Shown: positions 30,071-40,501 of the stretch, piece after piece
Numbering within the stretch: position 1 is the first letter of the stretch
Layout: the number at the start of each line of letters is the position of its first letter
Source: Terriglobia bacterium
Lineage (GTDB): Bacteria; Acidobacteriota; Terriglobia; 20CM-2-55-15
Assembly (NCBI GenBank): GCA_965218585.1
Contig: CBDCLE010000009.1
Span: forward strand, 64,001 to 128,000
Direction of reading: 5' to 3'
Length of the DNA: 64,000 bases
Notes under the pieces: model-generated
What the model was told of the DNA's origin: nothing
The model's input: only the letters and a program-made list of their open reading frames with translations
Database searches by the model: none
Made by a program: the position numbers and the translations under genes

Positions 30071-30421
30071 CTAGGTATTAGCTGGCTGGCGCCGGCGTTG
30101 CGCTCTGGCCCAATCTTCGTAGATATATTTAACGCGTTCTTTGTAGATAAAGAGGTTTGTGTCTCTGTCACGGGTCAGTCGGACCATGTCCCGGTCGTAG
30201 TATTCGATCCATCCCCGCACTTCTTCATCGTCCACAAGCTTTACGACGACTGGAATCTGGTTCTTCGACAGCCAGTCGAAATAATCCGACTCCCGACCCG
30301 TGGATTCGCCCGGTGACTGACGTCGCCGTCCTGTCAGTGGGTCATCGCCTCCAAACTGACTCACGTGTGTCACGAGTTCCAGTATACATGCGGGCCCTGT
30401 AGGTAAGTTCTCGGAGCGCAC
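30071..30421 (-). CDS. Hfq/Sm-like RNA chaperone; true start probably downstream of 30421
   Basis: PVVVKLVDDEEVRGWIEYYD...LFIYK resembles the Sm1/Sm2 motifs. Confidence 0.7.
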   Translation of the reverse strand: MRSENLPTGPACILELVTHVSQFGGDDPLTGRRRQSPGESTGRESDYFDWLSKNQIPVVVKLVDDEEVRGWIEYYDRDMVRLTRDRDTNLFIYKERVKYIYEDWARAQRRRQPANT

Positions 30422-30453
30422 GATCGAGCCGTGCGGTCATAGACTGCACTTAC
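30399..30453. repeat. GTAG-family REP doublet (other copies at 46316-46338, 50408-50475, 57009-57031)
   Basis: Consensus GTAGGTGCG(G/C)TCT(A/G)TGA(C/G)CGCAC in both orientations. Confidence 0.7.
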
Positions 30454-30470
30454 AGTTCAGGTGTTAACAT

Positions 30471-31145
30471 TTGAAGATGGGAATCGAAGCCATTCTGTTT
30501 GACCTCGGCCGTGTCATCGTGGATTTCGACATGACCGAATGCGAATCGATACTGGCTTCGGAATCCGACCTCGATAACGATGAATTCCTTGGTGTGCTCT
30601 GGGACACGGGATGGATTCGTCGTTACGAACGGGGAGAACTTTCGACCCAGGAGTTTCACGCGTTCCTCGCCGCAGAAGGCGCTCTCCGGATGGGATATGC
30701 CCAGTTTTGCCGTGTGTGGTCTGAAGTCTTCGACCCGGTACAGATCCTACCGTCGGGTCTCTTATCCGGCCTGGCGAGTCGTTACGCGATGACCCTGATA
30801 TCGAACACAAACGAGGCACACGCAGACCACATCCGCCGCAACTACGATGTTTTTGACTGGTTCACCCACCACGTTCTTTCCTACCAGGTGGGTGCCTTGA
30901 AACCGGATCCGAAGATATTCCATGCGGCCATCGAGGCGGGTGGGCACAGTCCCGAGACAGTCCTTTTTATCGACGACAGGGAAGAGAACGTCGCAGCGGG
31001 TCGCGAGCTCGGGATGCAGGCCCATCGATTTGCCTCCTCCCCAGGTCTCAGGCAGGCGTTCGAGGAACTGGGCGTCGAATTCGAATGGCCGGGGGACGAT
31101 CAGAACCCGAATCCGTCCGATAGCCATCTGACAGACAACCGGTGA
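30471..31145 (+). CDS. HAD family phosphatase
   Basis: FDLGRV, ISNTN, KPDPKIF, FIDD. Confidence 0.9.
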   Translation: MKMGIEAILFDLGRVIVDFDMTECESILASESDLDNDEFLGVLWDTGWIRRYERGELSTQEFHAFLAAEGALRMGYAQFCRVWSEVFDPVQILPSGLLSGLASRYAMTLISNTNEAHADHIRRNYDVFDWFTHHVLSYQVGALKPDPKIFHAAIEAGGHSPETVLFIDDREENVAAGRELGMQAHRFASSPGLRQAFEELGVEFEWPGDDQNPNPSDSHLTDNR

Positions 31146-31705
31146 GAGGCCCATTATCGATCGTTCGCGCCTCTCTTATCGGGTACGCGATTCTTTTCGC
31201 CATGTCCCTGGCCTTGGCGTTTTGGCAGGGGCGGCTCGTGTCGATGTTCGCTTTTCCCGGCTGGCCTCGAACTGGAACGAACGTCCTGATCGGGGTTCTG
31301 CTCGCAATCGCAGTGCTTTCTGGTGGCCGGGCGCTGGGAGGAACCTTCGAATGGGCCCGGCGACTTGAAGCTGAATTTCGCTTCCTCCTGGCTCCATTGG
31401 ATCTGGGAGGAATCTTCCTCCTGGCAGTCGCGAGCGGGATCGCCGAAGAAACGTTCTTTAGAGCGATCATGCAACCCGCATTCGGGCTGTGGGTTACGAG
31501 CCTGACCTTCGGATTGCTCCACTATCCGATGAACCGCCGTCTCATTCCCTGGACGATCATTGCCATTGCCATGGGATTCGTTTTCGGCCTTGTCTATCAG
31601 TCTACCGGAAGCCTGCTTGCGGTCGCGTTGGCTCATGGATTGATCAACTTTTTCGAGTTGCGTCGGGTTGGGGGGCAGCGCCCGCCCGAGCCTCCAGCCG
31701 CCTGA
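31142..31705 (+). CDS. CAAX/Abi (CPBP) intramembrane protease
   Basis: EETFFR, FGLLH, HGLIN. Confidence 0.88.
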   Translation: MRGPLSIVRASLIGYAILFAMSLALAFWQGRLVSMFAFPGWPRTGTNVLIGVLLAIAVLSGGRALGGTFEWARRLEAEFRFLLAPLDLGGIFLLAVASGIAEETFFRAIMQPAFGLWVTSLTFGLLHYPMNRRLIPWTIIAIAMGFVFGLVYQSTGSLLAVALAHGLINFFELRRVGGQRPPEPPAA

Positions 31706-31866
31706 CCCGAGCCCGCTCCCGACGTCGAATCGAACTCTCATCACCGGATTTTGTAAAATATGCCGTTTCCGGGACGTACTGTAGGTGTAAGGGCTTCTGT
31801 TTGAGCAGGTTTGCGGTTAAAATGAACGCGTTCCGGCCCATTGGGTGAAGGTGCGTTGAATCGGAT

Positions 31867-32628
31867 ATGAAGCGACTGATTCCGGTCATCTGTCTGGTCT
31901 TACTGCTCTCCTCCGAGGTGTTGCCTCGAGCGCAGATCATTGGTGACACCGTGGCTGATGGTTCGGAGTTCGTTTTTGCCCGTCTTGTGTACGGGTCAGG
32001 TCTGGGTGGTTTCTTCCGTCGCGGGAGTTCCTGGCGGACGGACTGGCCCAAGGCGGATAAGCAGTTCATGTTCGGCATCGACCGGCTTTCGAACGTCCGG
32101 ATCGTACTGGAGAAAGACGTTGCGATTCCGATCATGGATCCGAACCTGTTCAGCTATCCGTTTCTCTATGCCGTGGAGGTTGGGTACATGGAGCTGACCC
32201 AACCGGAGGCCGACCGGTTGCGGGAATACATGGAGCGTGGCGGGTTTCTAGTGGTGGATGACTTCTGGGGAACGTATGAATTCCAGAGTTTCAACCGCCA
32301 GGCCAAGATGATTTTTCCGGACAGGGAGATCGAGCAACTCGAAATGTCGCACGAGATATTTCATTCCTTTTACGACATCGGAGAGATTCTTCAGGTGCCG
32401 AACGTAAGGAACGGTTGCGGGCGTTACCAGACGCATGAGCAGGACGGTTTTACTCCATACGCGCTTGCGATCTTCGACGACCAGCGTCGACCGATGATGG
32501 TGATCAATTACAACACGGATCTGGGGGACGCCTGGGAGTGGGCGGATCAACCGTGTTATCCCCATGAGTTTTCAGGGATGGCGTATCGAATGGGACTGAA
32601 CTTCATCGTTTATTCGATGACACACTAG
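31867..32628 (+). CDS. DUF4159 domain protein
   Basis: LREYMERGGFLVVDDFWG, NTDLGDAWE. Confidence 0.8.
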   Translation: MKRLIPVICLVLLLSSEVLPRAQIIGDTVADGSEFVFARLVYGSGLGGFFRRGSSWRTDWPKADKQFMFGIDRLSNVRIVLEKDVAIPIMDPNLFSYPFLYAVEVGYMELTQPEADRLREYMERGGFLVVDDFWGTYEFQSFNRQAKMIFPDREIEQLEMSHEIFHSFYDIGEILQVPNVRNGCGRYQTHEQDGFTPYALAIFDDQRRPMMVINYNTDLGDAWEWADQPCYPHEFSGMAYRMGLNFIVYSMTH

Positions 32629-32677
32629 TGGCCGATCGAGTTCTAATTCAACTTCTCAGCAGACGAAGCAAGGGTGA

Positions 32678-34951
32678 GTGACATCGATGACTTGGTTTGA
32701 AACTTTCTTCAAATATCAGCCGATTGTCTATGAAAGAGGCACGTTAGGGTTTCAGCTTCTGGACAACCGGGCTTTCTTTGCCCTGTTCGTTATCGCTGCC
32801 CTCGTCGGTGCCTATTTTCTGTACCGGACGCTTCAGACCCCACCCTCTTCGTTTGCGTCCTGGGGGATGGTTGCGCTTCGGGCAGGCACCTTCATCGTTC
32901 TCATCTTCATCCTGATGCGCCCGGTCCTGAACATCTCTACGGTGCTGCCACAGGAGTCCTACCTCGCCGTGGTCATCGACAACTCCGAGAGTATGCAGAT
33001 CCAGGACAACGGCCAGGACAGCCGCGCCGATCTGATGATGGCCGAACTGGAATCCAGTGAGTTCTTTGCGAATCTGGCCGAGAGGTTTCGTCTCCGCGTC
33101 TACCGTTTCGATCAGGAAGCAGAACGCATAGACGATCTGGACCGAATGACGTTCAACGGAAATCGAACCCGCATGGAGAGCGCGATGGAGTTGCTCTATC
33201 AGGAGTTGGGAACGGTCCCTCTCTCCGGCATCGTTCTGATCACCGATGGCGTCGACAATTCTTCCGAGGAATGGACCGAATCCCTTTCCCGTATTCAGTC
33301 GCGAGGTATTCCGATTTACACGGTTGGAGTGGGCGAGGACGCGATCGAGCGTGACGTTGAGATCGTCCAGGCGACAACTCCCAGGGACAGCCTCAGCGAC
33401 TCGACGGCTGTCGCCGAGGTTTCGTACCGAAGCGAAGGCCTCGCCGGGCGTACTGCGACCTTGCAGGTCCGGGAGAATGGCGTACTCCTCAAGTCTGAAG
33501 AGGTCCGCCTTCCCCGCGACGGACAGATCGGAGAAACATCTGTTGACCTGCCTGTCACGAACGAAGGCTCGAGGGTTTTCGAGTTTTCAATCGAAGCGCC
33601 GGATGATCGCATCGAAGAGAACAATGCGCTCAGCACGCTCATCGAGGTTCGCAACGAGCAGCCCCAGATCCTCTACGTTGAAGGAGAACCGCGTTGGGAG
33701 TACCGCTTCCTCCGGCGTGCCCTCGAGGACGATCCGAACGTCCACGTGGTCACCCTGCTCCGGACGTCTCCCAACAAGTTCTACCGCCAGGGCATCGAGG
33801 ACGAAGAGACGTTGGCCGATGGTTTCCCGACGACCCGGGAAGAGCTGTTCCAGTACAAGGGTCTGATCCTTGGCAGCATCGAATCGACTTTCTTTACACA
33901 GGATCAATTGGAGATGATCGTCGATTTTGTCAGTGAGCGTGGCGGTGGCTTCATGATGCTGGGTGGGCGGAATTCCTTCAGTGAAGGACGCTATCAGAAC
34001 ACGCCGATCGCAGATATCCTGCCGGTCCGGCTCAGCGATGGCGAATCGGATTTCGTCGTCGAAAATATGGCTGTCCAGGTGTCCGATTACGGACGTTCTC
34101 ATCCTCTGATGAATCTGAACCCTGCCGAGGACGAAAACATAAGCGAGTGGGACGCGCTCCCGCCGTTGACCGAATACAACCGTGTCGACGAAGCGAAGGT
34201 CGGAGCGATCGTTCTGGCCAATGCCGAGTTGGAATCGGGAGGGCGTGACCGTCCGGTGTTGCTGGCATACCAACGATACGGTCGGGGCCGTGCAATGGCG
34301 TTCACTTCGTCGAGCAGTTGGCGCTGGCAGATGGAGATGGATCACGAGGACATGACCCATGAGATGTTCTGGCGCCAGATATTGCGTTGGCTGGTCACCG
34401 ACTCCCCGGATCCTGTCATGGCGAACTCGGAAAGAGACAGCTACGTGCCGGGCGAATCTGTCCGGCTGTTTGCGGATATATCCGATGCCAGTTTCGAACG
34501 GATGAATAACGCCGACGTTGTCGGGCGCGTGATCGATCCCGAAGGGAATTCCCAACCGGTACGCTTCGAGTGGACCGGGCTTCAGGATGGCACCTATCAG
34601 GCGTTGATGTCGGGGAGTACGCCGGGCATCTACACGGTCGAAGTCGATGCCAGTTTCGCCGGCGAAGACATCGGTAGTTACGAGAGTACGTTCCAGGTGC
34701 GTGACCGTCCGGTCGAGTTTTACGATGCGGCCCTGGACAGTCGTTTTCTCCAATCCGTGGCTGAGGATTCAGGGGGGCGCTACTACCCGCTGTCGGCTCT
34801 TGGAAACCTTCCAAACGACGCCGTCTATATAGACGGTGAGTCCTCGATCATTGAACAACGTGAGCTTTGGGACGTTCCCGTGTTGTTTCTGTTGCTGACC
34901 GCGCTCCTCGGAGGCGAATGGTTCTGGCGCAAGCAGAAAGGGTTGGCTTGA
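32678..34951 (+). CDS. Membrane protein with VWA-like and GATase-like domains
   Basis: DNSESM, LITDG, YVEGEPRWEY, GGGFMMLGG, YGRGR, ELWD. Confidence 0.75.
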   Translation: MTSMTWFETFFKYQPIVYERGTLGFQLLDNRAFFALFVIAALVGAYFLYRTLQTPPSSFASWGMVALRAGTFIVLIFILMRPVLNISTVLPQESYLAVVIDNSESMQIQDNGQDSRADLMMAELESSEFFANLAERFRLRVYRFDQEAERIDDLDRMTFNGNRTRMESAMELLYQELGTVPLSGIVLITDGVDNSSEEWTESLSRIQSRGIPIYTVGVGEDAIERDVEIVQATTPRDSLSDSTAVAEVSYRSEGLAGRTATLQVRENGVLLKSEEVRLPRDGQIGETSVDLPVTNEGSRVFEFSIEAPDDRIEENNALSTLIEVRNEQPQILYVEGEPRWEYRFLRRALEDDPNVHVVTLLRTSPNKFYRQGIEDEETLADGFPTTREELFQYKGLILGSIESTFFTQDQLEMIVDFVSERGGGFMMLGGRNSFSEGRYQNTPIADILPVRLSDGESDFVVENMAVQVSDYGRSHPLMNLNPAEDENISEWDALPPLTEYNRVDEAKVGAIVLANAELESGGRDRPVLLAYQRYGRGRAMAFTSSSSWRWQMEMDHEDMTHEMFWRQILRWLVTDSPDPVMANSERDSYVPGESVRLFADISDASFERMNNADVVGRVIDPEGNSQPVRFEWTGLQDGTYQALMSGSTPGIYTVEVDASFAGEDIGSYESTFQVRDRPVEFYDAALDSRFLQSVAEDSGGRYYPLSALGNLPNDAVYIDGESSIIEQRELWDVPVLFLLLTALLGGEWFWRKQKGLA

Positions 34952-35940
34952 TGGTTCGCCGGAGTTTGATGATCTGCGGGATCGTCCTTACCGGAGTGCT
35001 CCTGATTCCGGGCGCGGCCTGGGCCGACTCGGCAGCGCTGATTCTCGGGGGAGTCCCCGGAAGCCCCGTTCACGAGACGCGTTTTTCGGAATGGGCGGAG
35101 GCGACGCGGACCGCGATGATCGAGACGTTCGGATTCGATGAACAGAACGTGATCGTCCTCCAGAACCGGGAAGCGAGAGCAGACGATATTCGCAGTACGT
35201 TCGCCGACCTGGGAGGGCGACTTACTGCCGACGACACTTTCTTTCTGTTCTTCATCGGCCACGGAAGCTTTGACGGCAGAGAGTACAAGTTCAACACGAT
35301 GGGAGCCGACCTCACGGCAGCGGATTACAACGATCTGCTTTCCTCCATTGACGCCGGTCGATCCGTCATCGTGAACGCAACCAACTCCAGCGGTGCTGCC
35401 ATTGAACCCTTTGCCGCCCAGGGTCGTGTGATCGTAACTGCGACGCGAACGGGAACCGAGCGCAACGACACGATCTTCTACGACTATTTTCTCGAAGCGC
35501 TCGCTGACGTTGCCAGCGATGAAGACAAGAACGAACGCCTGTCGGTGTGGGAGGTCTTTCGCTACGCGACGCTCGCAGTGGAACGCTTCTACGAGGAACA
35601 GAACAGGCTGGCCACCGAACACCCGCAGATCTCAGACAACGGAAGAGAAAAAACGGGAGTCGATCCCGACGAAATGCCCGCTCTCGCCCGGTTGATTCAT
35701 TTCAACGCCGAGACCGGGATCGATGTGGCCGACCCCGTATTGCGAACATTGCTGGAAGAGAGGAACCAGCTCGAATCCGACATTGAAGCCCTGCGTTTGA
35801 TTTCCGACACCATGCCTCGCGAAGAGTACGAAGGCTGGATGGAAGAACTGTTGATCGAACTTGCCTTGAAAAACCAGGAAGCCCGGGCGCGGGAAGCCAG
35901 CATTGGGGAGTCGGAGCCTGAGCCGGCGGGGCCTAACTAA
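34951..35940 (+). CDS. Exported caspase/legumain-fold (C13/C14-like) protein
   Basis: FFIGHG, NATNSSG, VIVTATR, DEDKNERLSVWE, EHPQI. Confidence 0.65.
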   Translation: MVRRSLMICGIVLTGVLLIPGAAWADSAALILGGVPGSPVHETRFSEWAEATRTAMIETFGFDEQNVIVLQNREARADDIRSTFADLGGRLTADDTFFLFFIGHGSFDGREYKFNTMGADLTAADYNDLLSSIDAGRSVIVNATNSSGAAIEPFAAQGRVIVTATRTGTERNDTIFYDYFLEALADVASDEDKNERLSVWEVFRYATLAVERFYEEQNRLATEHPQISDNGREKTGVDPDEMPALARLIHFNAETGIDVADPVLRTLLEERNQLESDIEALRLISDTMPREEYEGWMEELLIELALKNQEARAREASIGESEPEPAGPN

Positions 35941-38483
35941 TGACAGATTTGAGAAATCACGGATCCTTCGTCTTCCTTCGGGTACTGATTCCATTGCTCG
36001 TCACCAGTTGCGGAGCCCTGGGCCAGTCCGACAACGCCGGACCCATGGAACGCGCACGCCGCGGGGAATATCGCGAGGCCGTGGGTGGCCTCGAATCAAT
36101 GGTCGAGTCCGGCAGTATGGCCTCGGACGTTGTCGACAGTTTGTATTACGCCTGGGTCCGGCAGGGCGAGTACGAAATGGCCCTCGAGCAGTTCGAGGAG
36201 CTCTCCGAAGCCAACCCCAATGCAGGCCCGATACGTCTGGGAGCCGCACGGGCCAACCGGCTCGTGGGGGACTACGAGCGGGCCCTTGAACACGTGGAAG
36301 GGATTCTCAACTTTGCCGACGTTGGTACGGCGGCGCAGAATGAAAAGGCCGGATTACTCGTCGATCTGGGACGCCGCGACGAGGCCAACCAGATATACAA
36401 CAATCTGATCCAGCGCTTCGAGAACGGTTTCATCGGACGCAATGACGAACTGGTCTATGTCGCTCGGGCGATGTGGGCCCTGGAGTTTTTCCACGATGCC
36501 AACGATGCGTTCCGGATCGTAACGCAGGCGAATCCGAGGGATGCCGAGTCGTTCCTGGCGTGGGGCGACCTGCTCGCCGAGAAATACAACGACCCGGAAG
36601 CTGTTGCCAGCTACCAGGACGCTCTTGGTATCGATCCGAACATGCCTCTGGCTCACCTGGGCATTGCGATAGTTCTGGCTGACGACGACCCCGAGCGCAG
36701 CCAGGCCTCGCTCGACCGCGCGCTCGAGGTCAATCCCAACCTCATCGAGGGCTACCTGCTGCGGGCGCGGCAGCGTATTGATGCTGAACAGTACGATGAT
36801 GCCGACGAAGAGACTGCCCGGGCAGTGGAGATCAACCCGCGATCGGCCGAGGCGCTTTCTCTGCTGGCTGCGACGAGCTATCTGAGGGGAGACGAAGCCG
36901 AGTTCGAAGGATATGTCGCCGAGGTGCTTCAGACCAATCCAGGCTACAGCGAAATGTATTACACGCTGGGCGAGTTGTGTGTGTCGGTTCGGCTGTATCA
37001 GCAGGCCGTGGAATTTGCCCGGCAGGCACTCGAACTGAATCCGAGAGACTGGAAGGCGATGAGCCTGCTCGGAATCAATCTGCTCCGCATTGGAGAAGAG
37101 GCCGAAGGGACTGCCGCACTCGAAGCCGCTTATGAAGGGGACGCGTTTAACGTCTGGACGGTCAACACCCTTACGTTGCTCGACAGCTTTACGAACTTCG
37201 ATCGCTTCGAGACCGAGCACTTCGAGATCAAGCTGCACAAGGAAGAGAGCGCGGCACTGGCACCATACGTTACTGAACTACTGGAAGAGGCCTGGGACAC
37301 TCTCAGCACAAAATACCGTTACGAGCCCGAACCCCCGATTACGTTCGAGATGTTCCCCGACCACGAGGACTTCGCGGTGCGAACGCTCGGTCTGCCGGGA
37401 CTGGGTGCGCTCGGAGTTGCGTTTGGAAAAGTTGTCGTGATGGACTCTCCATCGGCAAGGCCTCCGGAAGAGTTCAATTGGGGCGGGACGCTCTGGCACG
37501 AGTTTGCTCATGTCATCACGCTGGGAACGACCGACCACAAGATCCCCCGGTGGTTTTCAGAAGGCCTTTCCGTCTACGAGGAGAGGAAAGCCGTACCTGG
37601 CTGGGGCGACGATCTACAGATCGACTACCTGTCGGCGATCAACGACGATCAGTTTCTGCCGATTGCGGATTTGAACAACGGATTTGTGCGCCCGACGAAT
37701 CCGGGTCAGGTCATCCTTTCCTATTATCAGGCGTCCCTGGTCTGCGACTACATCGATGAAACCTACGGCTTCGATGCGATTCTCGAGATGCTCGCCGCGT
37801 ACAAGGATGGTCGAAATACGGAGGAAGTGTTTGAAGCAGCGCTGGGTGTCGGTCTCGGGGTTTTCGACAGAGAGTTTGCGGGTTGGGTGAGGGCTAAGGT
37901 TGCTTTCATAGATGTCGAACAGTTCCGGAATCTGACCCAAGAGGGCTTTGCGGCGTTCGAGGCCGGAAATCTGGGTGATGCCGTCGGGGCTCTGACCCGG
38001 GCGATCGAGCTATATCCGGAATACACGGCGCAGCAGAATCCCTACGAACTGCTTGCCGAGGTGTATATCCAGATGGGCGATAACGCTGGGGCGATCGAGA
38101 CACTCAGCCGGTTTGCGGCGCTTTCCGAGTACGCCTATGGCACCTACTTGCAGTTGGCTGGATTGATGCGGGAAACGGGTGACACCGAAGGTGCCGCCGA
38201 CATTCTCACCCGGGCCATGTACATTCACCCGATGGATCTGGAAGGTCACCGGGAGTTGGGTCAGGTATCGCTGGACGATGAGGATTTTGCTGTTGCAGCT
38301 CGGGAATACGAAGTGTTGCTGGCGCTGGACGTCCCGGATCTGGCAAATACTTATTTTAATCTCGCCTCTGCGCAATATGGCGCAGGCCAGGTGGCAGAGG
38401 CGCGTCGAAGCATCTTGCGATGTTTGGAAATTGCACCGTCTTTCGAAGCTGCGCAGGAGTTGTTACTGAGGATAGTGAGGTAA
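35940..38483 (+). CDS. TPR lipoprotein with a peptidase MA-like (gluzincin) domain
   Basis: LVTSC lipobox, many TPRs, HEFAH ... PRWFSEGL. Confidence 0.8.
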   Translation: MTDLRNHGSFVFLRVLIPLLVTSCGALGQSDNAGPMERARRGEYREAVGGLESMVESGSMASDVVDSLYYAWVRQGEYEMALEQFEELSEANPNAGPIRLGAARANRLVGDYERALEHVEGILNFADVGTAAQNEKAGLLVDLGRRDEANQIYNNLIQRFENGFIGRNDELVYVARAMWALEFFHDANDAFRIVTQANPRDAESFLAWGDLLAEKYNDPEAVASYQDALGIDPNMPLAHLGIAIVLADDDPERSQASLDRALEVNPNLIEGYLLRARQRIDAEQYDDADEETARAVEINPRSAEALSLLAATSYLRGDEAEFEGYVAEVLQTNPGYSEMYYTLGELCVSVRLYQQAVEFARQALELNPRDWKAMSLLGINLLRIGEEAEGTAALEAAYEGDAFNVWTVNTLTLLDSFTNFDRFETEHFEIKLHKEESAALAPYVTELLEEAWDTLSTKYRYEPEPPITFEMFPDHEDFAVRTLGLPGLGALGVAFGKVVVMDSPSARPPEEFNWGGTLWHEFAHVITLGTTDHKIPRWFSEGLSVYEERKAVPGWGDDLQIDYLSAINDDQFLPIADLNNGFVRPTNPGQVILSYYQASLVCDYIDETYGFDAILEMLAAYKDGRNTEEVFEAALGVGLGVFDREFAGWVRAKVAFIDVEQFRNLTQEGFAAFEAGNLGDAVGALTRAIELYPEYTAQQNPYELLAEVYIQMGDNAGAIETLSRFAALSEYAYGTYLQLAGLMRETGDTEGAADILTRAMYIHPMDLEGHRELGQVSLDDEDFAVAAREYEVLLALDVPDLANTYFNLASAQYGAGQVAEARRSILRCLEIAPSFEAAQELLLRIVR

Positions 38484-38487
38484 TTGA

Positions 38488-39513
38488 ATGTCAAGCGTTG
38501 AAGAAAAACAAGAACTCGAAACGGTAGAGAAGTTTCATTCCGACATCGCTGCAATCGATAAGGAGGTCCGAAAGATCATTGTCGGGCAGAAGGAAGCGGT
38601 GGACCAGGTACTGGTGTCGCTGCTTACCGGGGCAAACTCGATGATTACCGGGGTGCCCGGTTTGGCCAAGACACTCCTGATCCAGACCGTGGCGCAGGTG
38701 TTGCATCTGGATTTCAACCGGATCCAGTTCACACCCGACCTGATGCCGGCCGATATCACCGGGACGGAGATGATCGAAGAAGACCGGGCGACCGGTCGTC
38801 GTGAGCGTGTCTTCGTTAAGGGCCCGATCTTCGCGAACATCATCCTGGCGGACGAAATCAACAGGACGCCTCCCAAGACGCAGTCTGCGTTGCTGGAGGC
38901 CATGCAGGAAAGGTCGGTAACGGTTGAAGGCCAGACTTACGTATTGGATCAACCGTTTTATGTTCTGGCAACTCAGAACCCCATCGAGCTGGAAGGGACT
39001 TATCCGCTGCCGGAAGCGCAGTTAGACCGTTTCATGTTCAACATCATCATTGACTACCTCAGCGAGTCCGATGAAATCCAGGTTGTCAACCAGACAACAT
39101 CGCTGCGGGAAGTAACGTTCGAGAAGACGATCGGCGGTCCTGAAATTCTCGAGTTCCAACGCCTTGTGAGGAAAATGCCGGTTGCCGAGCCCTTGATGAA
39201 GTACGCGGTGCAACTGGCGCGAATGAGTCGCCCTAAGGGTGAAGACGACATCCCGGATTTCATCAAGAAATATGTCAATTACGGCGCAAGTCTCCGTGCC
39301 TCGCAGTTCTTGATTCTCGGCAGCAAGGCCCTGGCCCTGATCAACGGGCGTTACAACGTGGCCGTTGAAGATATCCAGACATTGGCGTATCCGGTCTTCC
39401 GCCACCGCATCATTACGAATTTCCATGCGGAGTCGGAAGGGATCACGACTGAAGATATTGTGCGCCAGCTGCTCGAAGCGGTGCCGGTTCCTGAGTCTGG
39501 CATGAAAGAGTGA
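38488..39513 (+). CDS. moxR: MoxR family AAA+ ATPase
   Basis: GVPGLAKT, RIQFTPDLMPADI, ADEINR, TQNPIE, LPEAQLDRF. Confidence 0.95.
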   Translation: MSSVEEKQELETVEKFHSDIAAIDKEVRKIIVGQKEAVDQVLVSLLTGANSMITGVPGLAKTLLIQTVAQVLHLDFNRIQFTPDLMPADITGTEMIEEDRATGRRERVFVKGPIFANIILADEINRTPPKTQSALLEAMQERSVTVEGQTYVLDQPFYVLATQNPIELEGTYPLPEAQLDRFMFNIIIDYLSESDEIQVVNQTTSLREVTFEKTIGGPEILEFQRLVRKMPVAEPLMKYAVQLARMSRPKGEDDIPDFIKKYVNYGASLRASQFLILGSKALALINGRYNVAVEDIQTLAYPVFRHRIITNFHAESEGITTEDIVRQLLEAVPVPESGMKE

Positions 39514-39573
39514 GGTTGGTTAGCCCTCGGCCACTGGCCTTCGGCTGAGCCGATAGCTGAAACCTAAATAACC

Positions 39574-40488
39574 ATGAGTACAGCAGTAGCACCTGGACCG
39601 GTCAATCGCTTTATCGATCCGACCGTTCTGACGAAGATCCAGAACCTGGAGTTACTGGCACGCACGGTCGTTGAAGGCTTCGTGCAGGGTCTGCATAAGT
39701 CTCCGTTTCTGGGTTTCAGTGTCGATTTCGCGGAGTATCGCCAATATCAACCCGGAGATGAGATCCGGCGGATCGACTGGAAGGCCTTTGGGCGCCTGGA
39801 CCGGTTGTTCGTAAAACTTTTTGAAGGGGAAACCAACACCCACGTCCATTTCCTGATGGATTCGAGCGGTTCCATGGCTTACGGATCCGGGGAAGTGACC
39901 AAGATGGACTACGCCAAGTTTCTGACGGCGTCACTCATCTACTTCGCCTATCACCAGCGGGACGGAGTGGGCCTGGTAACTTTCGATGAGGAAGTAACGG
40001 GACACATTCCGGCAGGGCGGAGGAACGGCCAACTGTTCAGTCTTCTGGCAGAGATCGATCGGGTAGAAGCCAGCAAGGTGACCGAGTTTCGAAAACCGCT
40101 GGACTACATGTCGGAGTTCTTGAAGCGGCGTGGCATGGTCGTCATCGTTTCCGACTTCTATGACGAAGTAGAGAACATCGTCGCCAGCGTGAAACATCTT
40201 CGGGCAAAGGGCAACGACGTCATCATCTTTCACATTTTGGACGATTTTGAACTGAACTTCCCGTTCGACACGATGACCGAATTCGAAGATCTGGAAACTA
40301 CTAAGAAGTTGAATGTCATTCCGCAATACTTGAGGAAGGAGTATCTCCAACTGATCCAGGGGCACGTGGCGGCCCTCGAAAAGGAATTCGCTGCCCTGGG
40401 TGTGGACTACACCTTGATAAACAGCAGCAAGCCGTTGGACGTTGGACTGTTTTCGTATCTGGCCCGCAGGGCTAAGACGAAGAGTTGA
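39574..40488 (+). CDS. DUF58 domain protein
   Basis: FAEYRQYQPGDEIRRIDWK, DSSGSM, VSDF. Confidence 0.92.
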   Translation: MSTAVAPGPVNRFIDPTVLTKIQNLELLARTVVEGFVQGLHKSPFLGFSVDFAEYRQYQPGDEIRRIDWKAFGRLDRLFVKLFEGETNTHVHFLMDSSGSMAYGSGEVTKMDYAKFLTASLIYFAYHQRDGVGLVTFDEEVTGHIPAGRRNGQLFSLLAEIDRVEASKVTEFRKPLDYMSEFLKRRGMVVIVSDFYDEVENIVASVKHLRAKGNDVIIFHILDDFELNFPFDTMTEFEDLETTKKLNVIPQYLRKEYLQLIQGHVAALEKEFAALGVDYTLINSSKPLDVGLFSYLARRAKTKS

Positions 40489-40501
40489 TAGTAGGAACAA
40501 T

